The notes beneath the pieces are model-generated. The model ran no database searches. It worked only from the letters and a program-made list of their open reading frames with translations, and was not told the origin of the DNA. DNA of 63,224 bases, filler included, from Atractiella rhizophila (taxonomy: Eukaryota): NCBI GenBank assembly GCA_021432655.1. It is 4 parts of 4 records of this genome, joined end to end, with 100 filler letters (N's around TTAATTAATTAA, not from the genome) between each part and the next. Parts side by side here need not be neighbours in the genome. Positions count along the whole stretch, not along the records: positions 1 to 24,508 come from MU271417.1; 3 more parts are not named here. One strand, written 5' to 3'. Positions 1 to 13,031 of this stretch are shown here, one piece after another. Within the stretch, counting starts at the first letter, position 1. The number at the start of each line of letters is the position of its first letter. A program made the translations under genes and the position numbers.

Positions 1-601
1 GATGGTGACCCGCTTTCACGTCAAATTGGTCTGTGAGGCTCCATTTTGAACAATCATAATGGGACGTTACGTTCACATCAAACACCAATTAAAGCAGATT
101 TATCACCGCAAGACTAGGGTACCAATTAGCAGCAAATGAGCGAGAAATCATCCGTAAGGATACAAGCCATAGAACTTTCTTCGTCCATGCTAAGTTGTAG
201 AAAACAAACAGTTCCGAAGAACTTCGGCCATGTTGCAGAAATATCAAGCCTATCAAGTATATTATAAACCAGTGGGGGCCAGGTACCTTTAGAGGTATCT
301 GTTGCCGTTATAGTATGGGATTTTAGTTTGATCAATGCACTAGACTAAACGCAATGGCAATTTTGACCAGAGGTTGAGTCTCCTCCCGCCTCTGTGACCT
401 TATAAGGCGATCTGTCGAAGAAGAAGGCAGAAGCAGCATCAATTTGCTCATTTCGTCTGAATCTCTCAACACATGTGACACCAAAAGAAAGGTTCGCCTC
501 CGTTATAACTGCAAAGTAGCAAGATGTTACTATTCAGACACATATAGATTGGTTCAGTTCTGTTACATATTACCAGCCCAAAATTGAATCATCTTCCTTT
601 A

Positions 602-2454
602 TTAGAGAGGCAAAATTTCAGGTTCAGGGCCGTGGGGAACGATCCTGGTGGGGTTGATTTGAGTGTGGGACCAATAGTAATGCTGCTTGATATGCTGAAA
701 GTTCGTGGTCGATTTGAAGGCCGCGTCCTTCCAGTAAAGCTGTCGTAGCCAGCGGTGAATATTGGGGAAGTTGCTGACGTTATCGCTTTATCAGCAACTG
801 CTTGGCTGAAAAGAACGTGAAGAAACGCACCCTCGAATAGTGCCAATGTTGCACTTGAAGTGTCCAACATAAACGGGATCAAACCTGTTTATAAAAATGA
901 TGAGTTCGCTTCATCTCCCATGAGGGTGATATCAGTAAACTCACCTGACAATCGTCGTAAACAGCCTTATATCTGCCTCTGTCAACTTGTTTCCAACCAA
1001 GTAGTCCTTGCCCTCCAGGATTTTCTCCACCTTATTGAGCGATTCGAACAGCGGAATCACATTCGACTCGTACGCTGCTTGGGTTGAAGCAAAACCGCAT
1101 TTGTACACTCCATTGTTGATCGTGTCATAGACCCTGTAGCATCACAGATGTGTTAATGAAATATCTCTTGAAGGGATCGGAGTGAAGGTGAAGGACACCC
1201 ACCACTCATTGAGTCCATCAATTTCACCCCTTAGATCCTCTGGGTAGAACGTAACTCCCTTGTACTTCTCCTCAATCAAATCATCAAACTACCTCCTGAC
1301 GTCAAAGGCTTTTCCCGCGGGAAAGAAGGAAGAACTCACGGCAGTGTTGAACATGCGAATAATTTCAGATGACTCGTTGTTCACAATCTTCTGGCTCTTC
1401 AAGTCCCAAAGCACAGGCACAGTGAATCTTCCTTCATAGTTCGGTTCGGACTTGAAGTAGAGCTCCCTGCATCACAGCATCCAAACAACCACATCAGGTC
1501 TGTCCACATTCGATGAACCTGGTAGGAATTGCTTACCGTAGGTGTTTGAACCCGTACTTTGGCTCACCGTCGACATCATCAGCCTTAAAAGACGGATTCG
1601 TCGCAGCGTCAGGTCCAAACGACCAGCCGAGAGATCCCATATGTGGATGTACGACCGTAACACCAATAAAGGAAGTGAGACCTTTGAGTGCGCGAACGAT
1701 GAGGGTGCGATGAGCCCAGGGGCACTTTTAACGCAAGTTAGAGCGTTTCTAGTCGTTTACAGAGAAAAGGAGAAGGATAAGCGAGAGCAGGGGTAAAAAA
1801 TAGCCGTATCCAAGTTTAACAAATCATTGTTCTGTTGTTTAGTGTGAATTCTTCGAGTTAGGCCTCAAACCGTTTAAAGGAGAATCCAACCTCCACTCAC
1901 GTTACCTTCTCTAATCAGCTGCGGTAGTCGTTCAAGGATTGCAAATATTGTCATCGTCACGAGGAAAAGAGGAAGAAAGCAGCATTTTGCGGAGGCACAA
2001 AGCTTAACATCAGACGCTGATTGGCTCAACTCTTTCCATCAAGAAAGCATACAGATTTGAGCCGGGAGAAACGAATAAAGCGACTCTCCAACATGTTACT
2101 TCTTTGAGCATCCATTAATAGTGGGTTCTAGTGGGTTCGGAAAGTCATGTTCAAGGTGGGCTGTGTTCGAGCTTAGGCTCCTCTTAGCCAGATCACCCTA
2201 AGTGAGTCCTCGAGATGCAAAAAACCAACGATCCGAAACGACTACGATCGAAGAACAACACAGAGCATACGAGGAAAGTGCGATGCGGAAACAAAGACCA
2301 GAGCACTCACAGCATAGCTGACATACAGCCAGTACCTTCCCTTCTCTGGCGAGAACTCTCCATCCTTTTCGATCGCGTTCCTAAAAGATGAAGGAGCGCG
2401 TCTAAACTGCCCATCGTTGGAGGCCCAAGATGTGATGTCTTTCTTTTCGCTCAT
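602..2454 (-). CDS. ECM4: Glutathionyl-hydroquinone reductase / omega-xi class glutathione transferase (ECM4/YqjG-like), multi-exon
   Basis: Spliced translation [26 protein letters not shown]...[26 protein letters not shown]...RFTVPVLWD...[14 protein letters not shown]...[31 protein letters not shown] active-site motif; GT-AG introns, the first 586 nt long. Confidence 0.92.
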
Positions 2455-4615
2455 CTTGATTGTTGTTGTTCGAAAGAGCCTTGTTTGAAAGCTGAACTTG
2501 GGGGTTCTGAAGCTGACGCTGACGCGGGATCTGTGGAGCGCTGTGGAGGCTGCTCTTATAGAGAATACGGAGGAGTAAGAAAGGGTGCGATGGTTGATCA
2601 TCCCAATCAATGTCTTACGGAGGTCGGCCACTCTCTGTCCCTTTTCCGATCGCCTTCCCGCGGGTGGCACATGCAAAATGCAAACTCTCAACCCAACTCA
2701 AGCGTAATGGCCATTAGAAGTTAGAGAGAGGGTCTCACCCACAGCGTTGAGTCAAGGGAACGACATGGCAGGAGGTGTTGCTGTGGGCTTTTGTAACGTT
2801 TGACGTATGACCCTTTTCCAACATCAAGCTTGCAAGCCGATCGTCAGATGTTAGACACGCAACCCTCAATCTTTACGGAGACTCCGCTGTCTTCTGTCAA
2901 CGTATTTGACGACAGCGCACTGCAACCCGTCGCTTTTGCTTTCCTGCTTCAACGCTGACCTTGCGGCCCATCGCATCAGGACAGTAGCCTACAGGGCCAC
3001 CTGGCTTAGCCAGTTCTCTCTCCAACATGGCCCAAGATCGCAGTTTTACTTTCGAAAATCTACTTGCTGAATGTCTTGACTGGTTCTTCTCTAACTTGCA
3101 CGGACGAAGAAATTTCAACGGATTATCTTTGCTCGTTAAGGGCGATACCTCGTTCGTTTGCTGCTAACATAGCACCTCTGATCCTCCGCAAATTTGCTTC
3201 AACCGCTGACAACCATTTCTTATTTGGCATGGGATTGTCTGGATAACTCGGAGTGGAGGGGACATATTTCTTGGATATTTCGGGGCAGAGTCTCCTGGTG
3301 GAGATTTCTCTAGTTCTTCCAGAGGAAGTTGCATTGCTGAGGGTGGATGTCGTTCGATTCTTCGATCGTTGCTCGACAAAGCTGGATGCTGCTTGCACAG
3401 CTGGTGTCGTCCAGATATGCTTTCCATTGAGTTTCCATTTGATCATGCGGATGGGTTGGCGAGCCTAATTTTAACGACGAAACCTCTTGAGTCGTCGCGT
3501 ATTTCGTCCGCTCGTTTCTGAATAGAGGCTGAGCCGCCACCTCGTCCGTCGTGAGGAAGTTACCTGACTTTGTCTTGAAATTATATTTTTTTTCGTGTTT
3601 CAAATGATCTTTGAGCTGTCTTCGACTACTCGAAAGGCGGCGACAGGACGTATTCTGGTGCGTGTTGCTCAGTATTCTGATAGGGTTGTTGCGGGCGGTG
3701 ATATAAGCGCTCAGAAGTACATGCGTGAGTCATGGCCAACAGCCGTCGTGGTTTTTGCTATATAAGGATCGACTGTTAAGACCACGACAATATGGCACAT
3801 TCGGTGTTTGAGGAGAAAGAGGGATTAGGGAGGGAACAGGGGAGATGGCGATGGGAGTATCACTGCGTAGATCAGGGGTAAAGACTGTGGTAGAATCAAT
3901 TCATTTCCATTATGCTCCTGTATAACTGAGCCGTGAATGGAATGCGACTGGACCCTCGCTAAAGCTGCACTAACCGTGCACTGTTTTACGCGTCTAGATT
4001 GGCGTGCTCATATTGTCACTGACATTGCGCATACTGTGGCCCTGCATATTGGATGGACAGTTATTTCTTCAGGTTGTAACTGGAAATAAGATATTTCAAG
4101 CCGGAAGCAGGTTACGAGACTTGCTTGTGGAGCTTGGGGGTGAAGAAAGAGCCCAATACACCTTGGATTTGATTCCCAGACGCCGGCGCCTCACAAGTCC
4201 TGCGGTTAGATATCCTGGACCCTTTCAAGAGTCAAGCTTCAAGTTGGAGCTGAACTCGTCCGAACTCTCACCCATTTCAGGCGGCCTAGAACTCACGACA
4301 TTCACTGAAACGTGCGCAACAGAAAGGAATTTAAGCAGCGGACATGGCATGAATACCACGAAATAGATAAAGTAAATGTTCTGTATGACCTGGGTACCCA
4401 ATCTATGACATGCAATCCCAATTTATGACATGCGGCCAGTCGACAAAGCCGTCCAATAAAAGCCGTCAGGAACGGCGACAAAGTCGCGTTCTCTAGCTCT
4501 TTTCTGCTTGAGCCAGTCGCTTTTCCCCCAGTCTCAACCTTACAGCCAACTAGCCCTTGCGATCTATTTCGGTATCTCAAACAATCAGTTCCAGGGATCA
4601 GAACAAATCCACAAA

Positions 4616-4981
4616 ATGTCTGCTCTCCATCATTCGTCCTCCAAAGGTCCAGCGTACGCTATGAACCTTACCCTCGCTCGGCAACAGGGGTTATGGGCTC
4701 TTTCTCACCCGGCAGATTCCAAGGGGAGGCTTGTAACTCTTCCTCCCAGGCATCGAAAGAGGGATTACATACTAGGCGTCTTTCGGCAGTCTGAGAAGAC
4801 TAGTGAGAAGGGCGGATTGGGCGCCGAATTGCAGAGAGAGGATAGTCTTAGGAGTCTGAGCTCGGTGGGTCCTGGTGGAAGGGAAAAGGAGGAGAGCGCA
4901 CAGGCGGGATGGACTTGGGAGGAATGTGGGCGAAAGGTTAGGAAGTGGGTGAATGGAAGTGAAGGTACGCCTCCATTCTAA
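4616..4981 (+). CDS. Small hypothetical protein (~120 aa)
   Basis: Uninterrupted ORF MSALHHSSSKGPAYAMNL...WTWEECGRKVRKWVNGSEGTPPF with coding-like composition; no recognised domain. Confidence 0.4.
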   Translation: MSALHHSSSKGPAYAMNLTLARQQGLWALSHPADSKGRLVTLPPRHRKRDYILGVFRQSEKTSEKGGLGAELQREDSLRSLSSVGPGGREKEESAQAGWTWEECGRKVRKWVNGSEGTPPF

Positions 4982-5624
4982 AGTGATAGAGTTAAGAGGG
5001 GAGAGAAGCTTGCTAATTTGTATCATATCCTGCATGTATTGTTTGAGATCGATACTGAATCCGCGTACCATTTCTTCGGTCAACGCAGAACTCTCTTGCA
5101 TTTATTTGAATGCTTTTCTTTAGCATATTTAGAGAGAGGGTCTTACAGCCTCACACAAAAGTCCTGCTTTCTTTGATCAAGAAGCTTAGCCTGTCAGCCG
5201 CTCAAGATCTGCCTGCTTTTCCGTATATGCGCTTCGCTAGATTCTGAGGCACAGATGAACCCTCTTTGAAGGCGTGGGCTGAGGCTATCGTTACTGCGTT
5301 TGTCGTGGTACTCACAAGTTGAGGAACCTTTTCAAAGAAGGGAGTCAGAGGACGGATTTTGTTTTAACTCCTTCATAGTTGACATGGAAGTCATGTTGCA
5401 CGAAATTTATTAATATTACACAGAATAGCAAGAAAAGAAACGTGCCCTTGATGAGGGAAAAGCAACAATCTTTACTATTTGAGAAAAGGAAGCTGCGTCC
5501 CATCGAGGAGATATCTGAGAAGGAGGTCGCGCCGAACACTAGAATTTTCGTATTTCTTTCCCTGTTTTCAAACAGTCATTGAGCAGCCTTCAGGCATTTG
5601 ACACTGACTAAGCCTCTTGCAGCG

Positions 5625-8600
5625 ATGGTGGAAACTGCCCTAGCGGAACAAGTAATCCAATCCTTGCTCTTACAAGCCGCAAACGAGTCGAAACCTCGGT
5701 ACTCTCCGGCGCGTTCTCATCTTTCTGAATTTTCCGCCTCTTCTCCCCCATCCGAACCCGTCTGGCCTCCCCACATCCTCTCCAAGGATCAAAGCGCTGC
5801 AAAAGAGGCGAAAGGAAGACTGAAGAAAGCCCTCTCTGGCAGTCCAGCTGGAGAACCGTCATTCCAAACGAGAGCTGTTTTGGCTCTAGCAGAGTACGCC
5901 ACGGGAGACTTGGTCGCTTGTTCGGAGGTTTTGAACGAGTCTGGATTCGAGAACTGGGTGGATGAGTTCAAAGCAGACGATGCTCCTTCTAAAGGAAAGA
6001 GGAAGGAGGTGAATGTCGGCTGGGAAAATGTCTATGGATATACTCTCAGAGTTGCTGCTGCAGCCCTCAAAGGTTGGTCCGTTCTGTCGATGATTTCTTA
6101 ATCTGATTAATGCAAGGTGGGGATAGCGTTTTGTTTGGACCGCGATGGAAAAAAAGAGGAGGCCTTGAAAGCATATGAGAGAATGGCTCAGATCTATATC
6201 GGTCTAACAACAGCATTGCAAAAGGAGGATCTCTCAACTTGGGAAGAGTTTAAGCGTTGGGCGGAGGAAGGGTTGTATCGCTATGCTCTTCTGAGTAAAG
6301 AAGAGTCCGTTTTTCTCCAAAATATTCCATCTGCTCAAGTTGGTCACAGAGACGATTTCACTGCTTTGACTGCCCATCGCTGCTACTTTCAGCAGTGTTC
6401 TTCATTGGGCTCTGACTATCGTCTCCAAAAACGCAGCGTGGTCTTTCGCTCGTATTATCGCCTCCTCATCGACGCCTACCGCCGTGGATCCTACATTCCA
6501 TCGATGGCGGACACAACCTCGCCGCTGGTCGAAAAGCTTATCTCTTCTAAGGGAAACAACGCAGACTCGCCAGAGGTTCAGAGGACGCCGGCATCTCCTA
6601 GGTCAACTACCATGATGCTTCAAGAATCGACTTGGAGACTGGAGGTGGAGAAGTTGGTCACCGCTTTGGAGCAGAATCTGAAGACCTGGACCAAGTTTCC
6701 GAAGGCGGGTGACATCAACCGTCCATATTTGGAGTTCCTTGATCTGTGCGTCGAGAGTTGGGAGTTGGGAGGAAGAGCGGAGGACGTTGCTGTGGTAGTT
6801 TCTGAGGTGCGTCTTACCCATGCCGAACTGAGCTGGAAACTGAGCGCGATTATGAGAAGATTATGCTAGCAGCCTTGCAGTACACGTTCCACTCCAACCG
6901 TTTACTGCGCCACCTCGTCAAAGCACAACTTGTATCGAAGAAATACGACGCATGCATCCGTAGCGTCAATCTATATGTCCAACTGTGGACGAAAGCGAAG
7001 GAGACCAAATTGGAAGAAGTCGCAAAAACAATATCCAGGCTACATGAAGCATATTCTCGCCGAGAAGCTGCCGAAAAAGGAGAAGAATTCGACGAGGAGG
7101 ATGAGAACTTGCGAGGGGACGAAAGTGACGTGGATTCGAACCGCGATTTCGTTGAGACAGTCTTGATTGGCCTTCGAGTGTATCTCAAATATCTGCGCAA
7201 GTTTCAAGAGGCAGATGAGCTAATGAAGAAGCTAGAAAAGGCATTGGACGACTTTGAATGTTCAGATGTGAAACAGGACAAGAAGCTTATGAGCAGAGTC
7301 ACGCGAACTAGAGGCATTGTGGACGGAGCGTTGGCCGAAATAGGTGCGCACGTCCATCACTGCAACAGAATTAGACGATTGATACATTCACAGGTGACAA
7401 GAGCAATCGTGCAGGTTTGCAACAAAGCTGCCTCAAACATCTTTCAAATGCTGCGACGTTACACATGTCATTTGCCAACCTTTACCATCTCGCGTTCGCC
7501 CAGACGGAGTTTCGTGATATTGACTCTGCCATACTCTCCATCAAGCGTGCTCTTCAGCTTTCAACAAAGAACAAAGATGCCTGGCATCTTCTGGCTCTGC
7601 TTATGAGTGCTAAACACGACTATGAAGGCGCTCTGAAGATTATCGATGCAACGACGGAGGATGATGATGAGTCTAGTGATGACGACGATGATCGCAGTCC
7701 CACTCCAAACGGAACCGGAGCCAATGGAGCAGGTGCAAGGGGTGCTACACCAGTTGAAGAATCTGCTCCTGAAGAGGAAGAAGTGAACACTGGATGGGAT
7801 CATCTGATGGATGCAGAAGGGCTATTGGCGAGCGAGATGCAGCTTCGGATGACAAGGAACATTCTGGTTGAATTAATCGGCGGTCCGGAAGCGGCTATTC
7901 AGGATCAGAAGACAATGTTCTCTTATTTTTCCCGCATAAATTCACCTCTTCAGGGTACGTTTTTCGGCTTTCTCGCTGAAGATCTCCTTAAAAGCGTCAA
8001 AAGAACCGAAGTCCTACCCATATTCTTCGCAGCCCATGTCAGCGGAACAATCTACCACCAGCAATGTACAACTGCAGCACTCAAATACTACGACCTCGAG
8101 ACAATCGCGAACCAGCATTGCTCCCGCAACTTCGACAGGAGGTGAGTAATTCAAGTTACCTTCTCAATGTGTCGTTTTAAAGTGCCACCAATGTCGCAAG
8201 ATCAACGCGGCCAGACGGATTCTGCATCCTTACAACCTGAAGCCTCAATATCTGCATCATTGCATCCTTCGGGACCAACATCAGAAGACAACAGAAGCTT
8301 TGTGGTGGCTCCATTGCGTCCTGTTGATTCAGGGATGAAGAAACTCTTGATCAATTTGTGGCTGTTGAGCGCGGCAACTTTTCGAAGAGCCGGGAAAACT
8401 GAGGACTGTAGGGGTGCCATCAAAGAAGCTGAAGCTATCAGCTCTGAGGATGTGGATGTAATCGTTCAAGTCAGTTTGTCACCAATATCTCAACTCTGTG
8501 TTAACCAGTCAACAGCAATCCCTTCTGCACTATGCGAATGGGGACTATGAGGCGACTTACAAATGTTTGAGGGAATCGAGTGTTCTAGAAGTCGACCACC

Positions 8601-8977
8601 CCGACTCTATATTCTTCCTTGCCAAACTTTACCTTGAATCAGTTCCTCCCCTCGAACCGACAAAGCACAAAGATGATGTCATTGAGGACCCATACGTATT
8701 TCCAACCAACAATCTCAACCTGCGTCACGCTCGGGACTATGCCGAAACAATGCTGGAGCTTGCGACAGAAACGAATGCTTGGGATTACCCAGAAATGTGG
8801 TGGCTGCTTGGACGCGTTATCCGGCGAGGCAATCAGAGAGTTAACTCTGATGGCTACATCGAATCGGTGCATGCCAGTCAGTCACGGCGGGAGGTCCAAG
8901 CATTGCAATATGCGCTGGACTTGGAGAACACCAAACCCGTCAGACGGTTGAGGGAATCGGTGCCTAGAATTTTGTAA
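5625..8977 (+). CDS. TPR scaffold protein, YPP1/TTC7-like (PI4-kinase complex subunit / cargo transport), multi-exon; the 5' end may include an upstream exon
   Basis: Consecutive helical-repeat exons including NLYHLAFAQTEFRDIDSAILSIKRALQL...AWHLLALLMSA and LWLLSAATFRRAGKTEDCRGAIKEAE, ending LQYALDLENTKPVR; an acceptor-like ctgac...tgcag lies just before 5623. Confidence 0.72.
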
Positions 8978-9141
8978 TTTTTGAATCACGGCATAATCTT
9001 GATTATGTGTACTCAAGGATTTGCATTTGCAACTTGCGGACATCTAGGTTCGAAAACCACGTGGAGATCTTTTTGCTAAGTGGGAACGACGACGGAGCAC
9101 TGAATACTTAACTACTGTGCCAAATAAAATACATGGTGATA

Positions 9142-11785
9142 TCAGGAGTCCATCTGATCTTCTGTTGCCCATTGTCGCACTGTTGGGAATTAAATCATGT
9201 ATCCTTGGGCAGAAGAGGACGTACTGGTTATACGCAAGATCTTGCCGGACTGAAGGAAGTTGATCAGAATGTATTCGCAGTAGTGGGTGGAAGGCATACA
9301 GCATTTTTGGGGATTGCCTTGACGAAACGAACATCTTCAAGGCTTTTGTAAGAAGCTTTCGTCGTCCGGACAAGTTGCATGATGCTCTTTCGCACTTCGT
9401 CTTGAGGTTTGGATGATGCTGAAGGCGACAGAACGACGTAGGCTGCGACAATAGAAGTGAGGATCAACACCTATCTTGAAGAGTGTCTGCACCTCTAGGA
9501 GCCTATACAGATTTAGTCCCCTGTTGATCCGAAAATGCAGATCGTACCTGTCCTGTGTATTCATGAGGAACTCCAATTACCCCGACGTCACTGACGTCTG
9601 GATGTCCGATTATCAACCCCTAACATGCATTTGAGTTTTTGAAGGGAAGGTAAGGAGGTTAGACCTCAAGCTTCGGAAAGTATGTTAGTCAAATGTATCA
9701 ATAATGACAGTTTTACGCACTTCTGCTGGAGCCACAGAGTGCCCTTTAATCTTGATTCTTTTTCATGTCGTTAGCAAAGAGCTTGTACATCCATCAAAGA
9801 CTCACAGTTCCTAACCAACTTTGAGTTCGCCATGCCGCATGCGAGAAAAGCTTACCCTGATTCGATCCTCAACGAAGAGAAAGCCATTTTTATCAAAATA
9901 GCACAAATCTCCCGCTTCATGACTGCTCAGAGCCTAGCGTATACAAAGAGGAAGAACACGCACTCTTTACCCACCCATCATCATCCAGCATGTCATCCTT
10001 TTCTCCTTCCTCGCATACGTATCCACTAGCCACAGCAGGGCTATGTACCCTCAATTCTCCCCTCTCTTCCACCCCCACATCTTCTCCCGTGAGGGTATCC
10101 ACAATTCTTGCCCTGGTATTGGGCAACAATTGTCCGCCTGAAGATGCAGGGAATGAAACTCCATGGCCTACAGGTGAGATAGCGGTGCCAGTTGGAACTT
10201 CGGTCATTCCGTACCCTGCAGGTTTCATCAGCAGAGATCTTCCAACTACAGGATGGAAAAGACGAGCCTTGGGACAACTGGATCTGCGGGAACTTTTTCT
10301 CGAATTCCTTTGCTAATGCAGTTGATAAAGGAGCTGCGCCAGACATGGCGAAGTGGACATGGGAGAGGTCATATTCGTTAGTCTTTGGAGATTTAGACAG
10401 AAGAAGCGCCATGGGGGGACTGCTACCCTTCTCAGCCAAATTTGAAGACGCAGCGGAAGAGATGAACTTACACGATATACAACATGGTAATCTTTTGCTC
10501 CTGGATCGCTTCTAACATGTGAGCGAGGTCGAATTTGGGCATCACTACGATCTGTTCAGGTGTTTGTTAGTTGATGCAATAATTCAGTGGCGACAAACCG
10601 GTATTGAATTGTATATATGAAAATGTGCCACCTTGACCAATCTAGCAAATATTCTCAATTTGTCACTCATCTCCCAAAAGGGAAACGGACCCATAGATGT
10701 GACTAAACGGCTTCAACATTTGTCAGTCCAACCGAAAGTCCTGACAGAAGAGAAAAGAGTAACAGACCAAGACCCCTAAAGCCCTATCCCGGAGCGGATT
10801 AAATACCTTCTCCCTCCATCGTGACATCTGAAGAACATTCGCAACGACGGCGTCATGGGAGATCTTGACGAGCTTTGGATGACCTGTCGTTCCACTGCTC
10901 ACATCGCTCAAAAACTAAAATTGCTTGTAGAAAGGAGTTTGGGCACCTGGAGAGACAAAGAAATGCGAGGTCCTCCTTGGAGACTTCAGAAACGGGGAAA
11001 TTTTCGTGAGAGGACGGCAGGCTGAGGGCTTGGGCGATCGTGGGAGTAGATATTGCTGTGGAAGAGGAAGTGGGAGAGGAGAAGAGAGCGATTTGAAGGT
11101 CAGTCCGTCCCATTGCAAGGAGGGCTGTTTGAAGCGTTGGCAGTAGCGCAGGTGTGGTAAATATGACCTTCAATCGATAGTGCTTTGTTACTTGTTTTCA
11201 CCGTTAGTGTTTTGAAACCCATGGAAGTAGTTATCCGCACAGAGCTTTAAAGAATGCGCAAGTTCTTCCTCCTCTATAATTTTTGATCAGTTCCAGCATG
11301 AAAGGAAGATAGATTTGGAGCGCACTAAACGCAGCATTAAGGGTGTTCACAGTCGCGCCAACCTTATGTGCCGCCCAGACAACATTCATATAATCCAACT
11401 TACACACGATGCGTCATTCTCTGTTGCCACTAGCAAGGAGAGGTGATACAGAGAGATATAAGAGACTGACCTCATTAGTCGAGAAAACGCCAACCACCTC
11501 TCCCCGTCTCACATCCCACTGCCGTCGCATGACACTCGCCAGACCGTCCGTGCGTTCCATACAATCCGTTCGCGTAAACGTTGTTGTAGTAGGAGAGGAA
11601 GAGATGAGCCATGGATGTGACGGAGATGGCGGAGGTGTGGAGCGATGAAAGATGAAAGAGTATAGATTAATTCCCTATTCGATTGTGAGAAGTGAGAACG
11701 ATGTGTTGGAGGAGTACTGACGGTGCGTATCTCGATATCTGCCACTGGCGAATGGAAGATCCTGTGGCTTCCTACGTGAGCTCAT
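9142..11785 (-). CDS. 4-coumarate-CoA ligase-like acyl-CoA synthetase (ANL superfamily), many exons; start approximate
   Basis: Motifs SSGTTGHPK (P-loop), LPFSHIYG, SGAAPL, GYGMTE, GELRVHSP, DRIRELIKIKGHSVAPAELE, IPKNASGKILR; spliced C-terminus ...ITMRQWATEDQMDS*. Confidence 0.88.
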
Positions 11786-13031
11786 CGGTTATTTTGAAGA
11801 CGAAAATAAACATGAAAAGGTTCATGTTTTCATTTTTGGGTTGAAATTCTACTAGTCAACCTCGATTTCAACCAATGGAGGGGGCATGCCGTGTTGCTCT
11901 ACATGAGAACAACAGACGCTCTGGTCGTATCTTCCTTCGCTGTAAAATAGAATACCCTTCAATACTTCTGTCGTAACAAAGTGTTTGGATGGAATTCTAG
12001 TCATCTTCGCTATCTCTTCAAGATGAGTTAGACTCAGTGTGGAGTAACAAGTTCCAATGGGTACGTGAAAGTAAGCTTGGTCTGTCAATTGAAATCGATG
12101 TTTGGCTGGAGACGGTCAATTGTATGAAAGACTTGGGAAGGCTAACTAAACGACTGAGATGTTCAATGGAGTCCTGATACAGCTCAAATATGAGGATACA
12201 ACAGAAAGCACAAAACTGTGAGGGTGACTCAAAATACTGTTTATGCTTAATTGCACATTCCAACAATGCCTTACGCAGACATCGTAGCTGCTTTATTGTC
12301 TCCATTTTAATCCAAAAGCTACATATAGGTGATCAAAAATCAACCGCCAAACTGACATGTCTTTTCTTGAATAAGCATGCAGAAAGGAAGCCATGCAGGA
12401 GAGAAGGAAGGAACAACTCGGCATTCCTATTCCTGCCATTCATTTAGCAAAATTGCAATATAACCGAATAAAAACGTGTTATATCTCTCCAGACATTTAA
12501 AGACATTGTTAGTCGCGAGCATCGAGGTAAACATTCTCGCTAAGACGAGAAATACGGATGAAGAGATGAGGACAGCTGCTTCACGAATCATGCGGCGAGA
12601 GCGTCCAGTATTTTAACCTCAGTTCAAAGCGCAACATGTCCTTTTCCATAATTTAAGGAATAGAAATGACACTTTTGAACAGTGGACAGCACACATACAG
12701 AGCTGAACTCGAAGACTGAAGGAAGGACGGAACGAAGCTCACCTTCCTTCTCCTCCTCCGCTCATCCGGCGCAACCCTACACGTTTCGCAGGTTTATTAC
12801 ACCTAACTACCAGCCCAAAACGCGTCCCTCTCATCATGCGAAGCCAAATGTAGCTGAAGTAGTTATATGTTAGTCTTTCCTGCCCTGCCTTGCCCTTGCT
12901 TTGGAACATTGGAGAGCGAGCCCTAACCCTATAGAACACCTCACGTCAACGTCCAAGGACAGTGATAAAATCATTGTTACCTGCTACCAGCTCTCAGCTG
13001 GACAAAAAGGACGAGTTGACTTGTGTGAACG

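Noticed and set aside
3123..3733. Minus-strand ORF fragments as a gene or transposon relic
   Set aside because: No convincing spliced model or recognisable domain could be built
2721..5143. 15-bp direct repeat TTAGAGAGAGGGTCT (2721-2735 and 5129-5143) as the TSD of a mobile element
   Set aside because: Low-complexity match plausible by chance; no transposase, RT, TIR or poly(A) seen between the copies
11852..12447. Short minus-strand ORFs (METIKQLRCL...)
   Set aside because: No recognisable motif and no consistent exon chain
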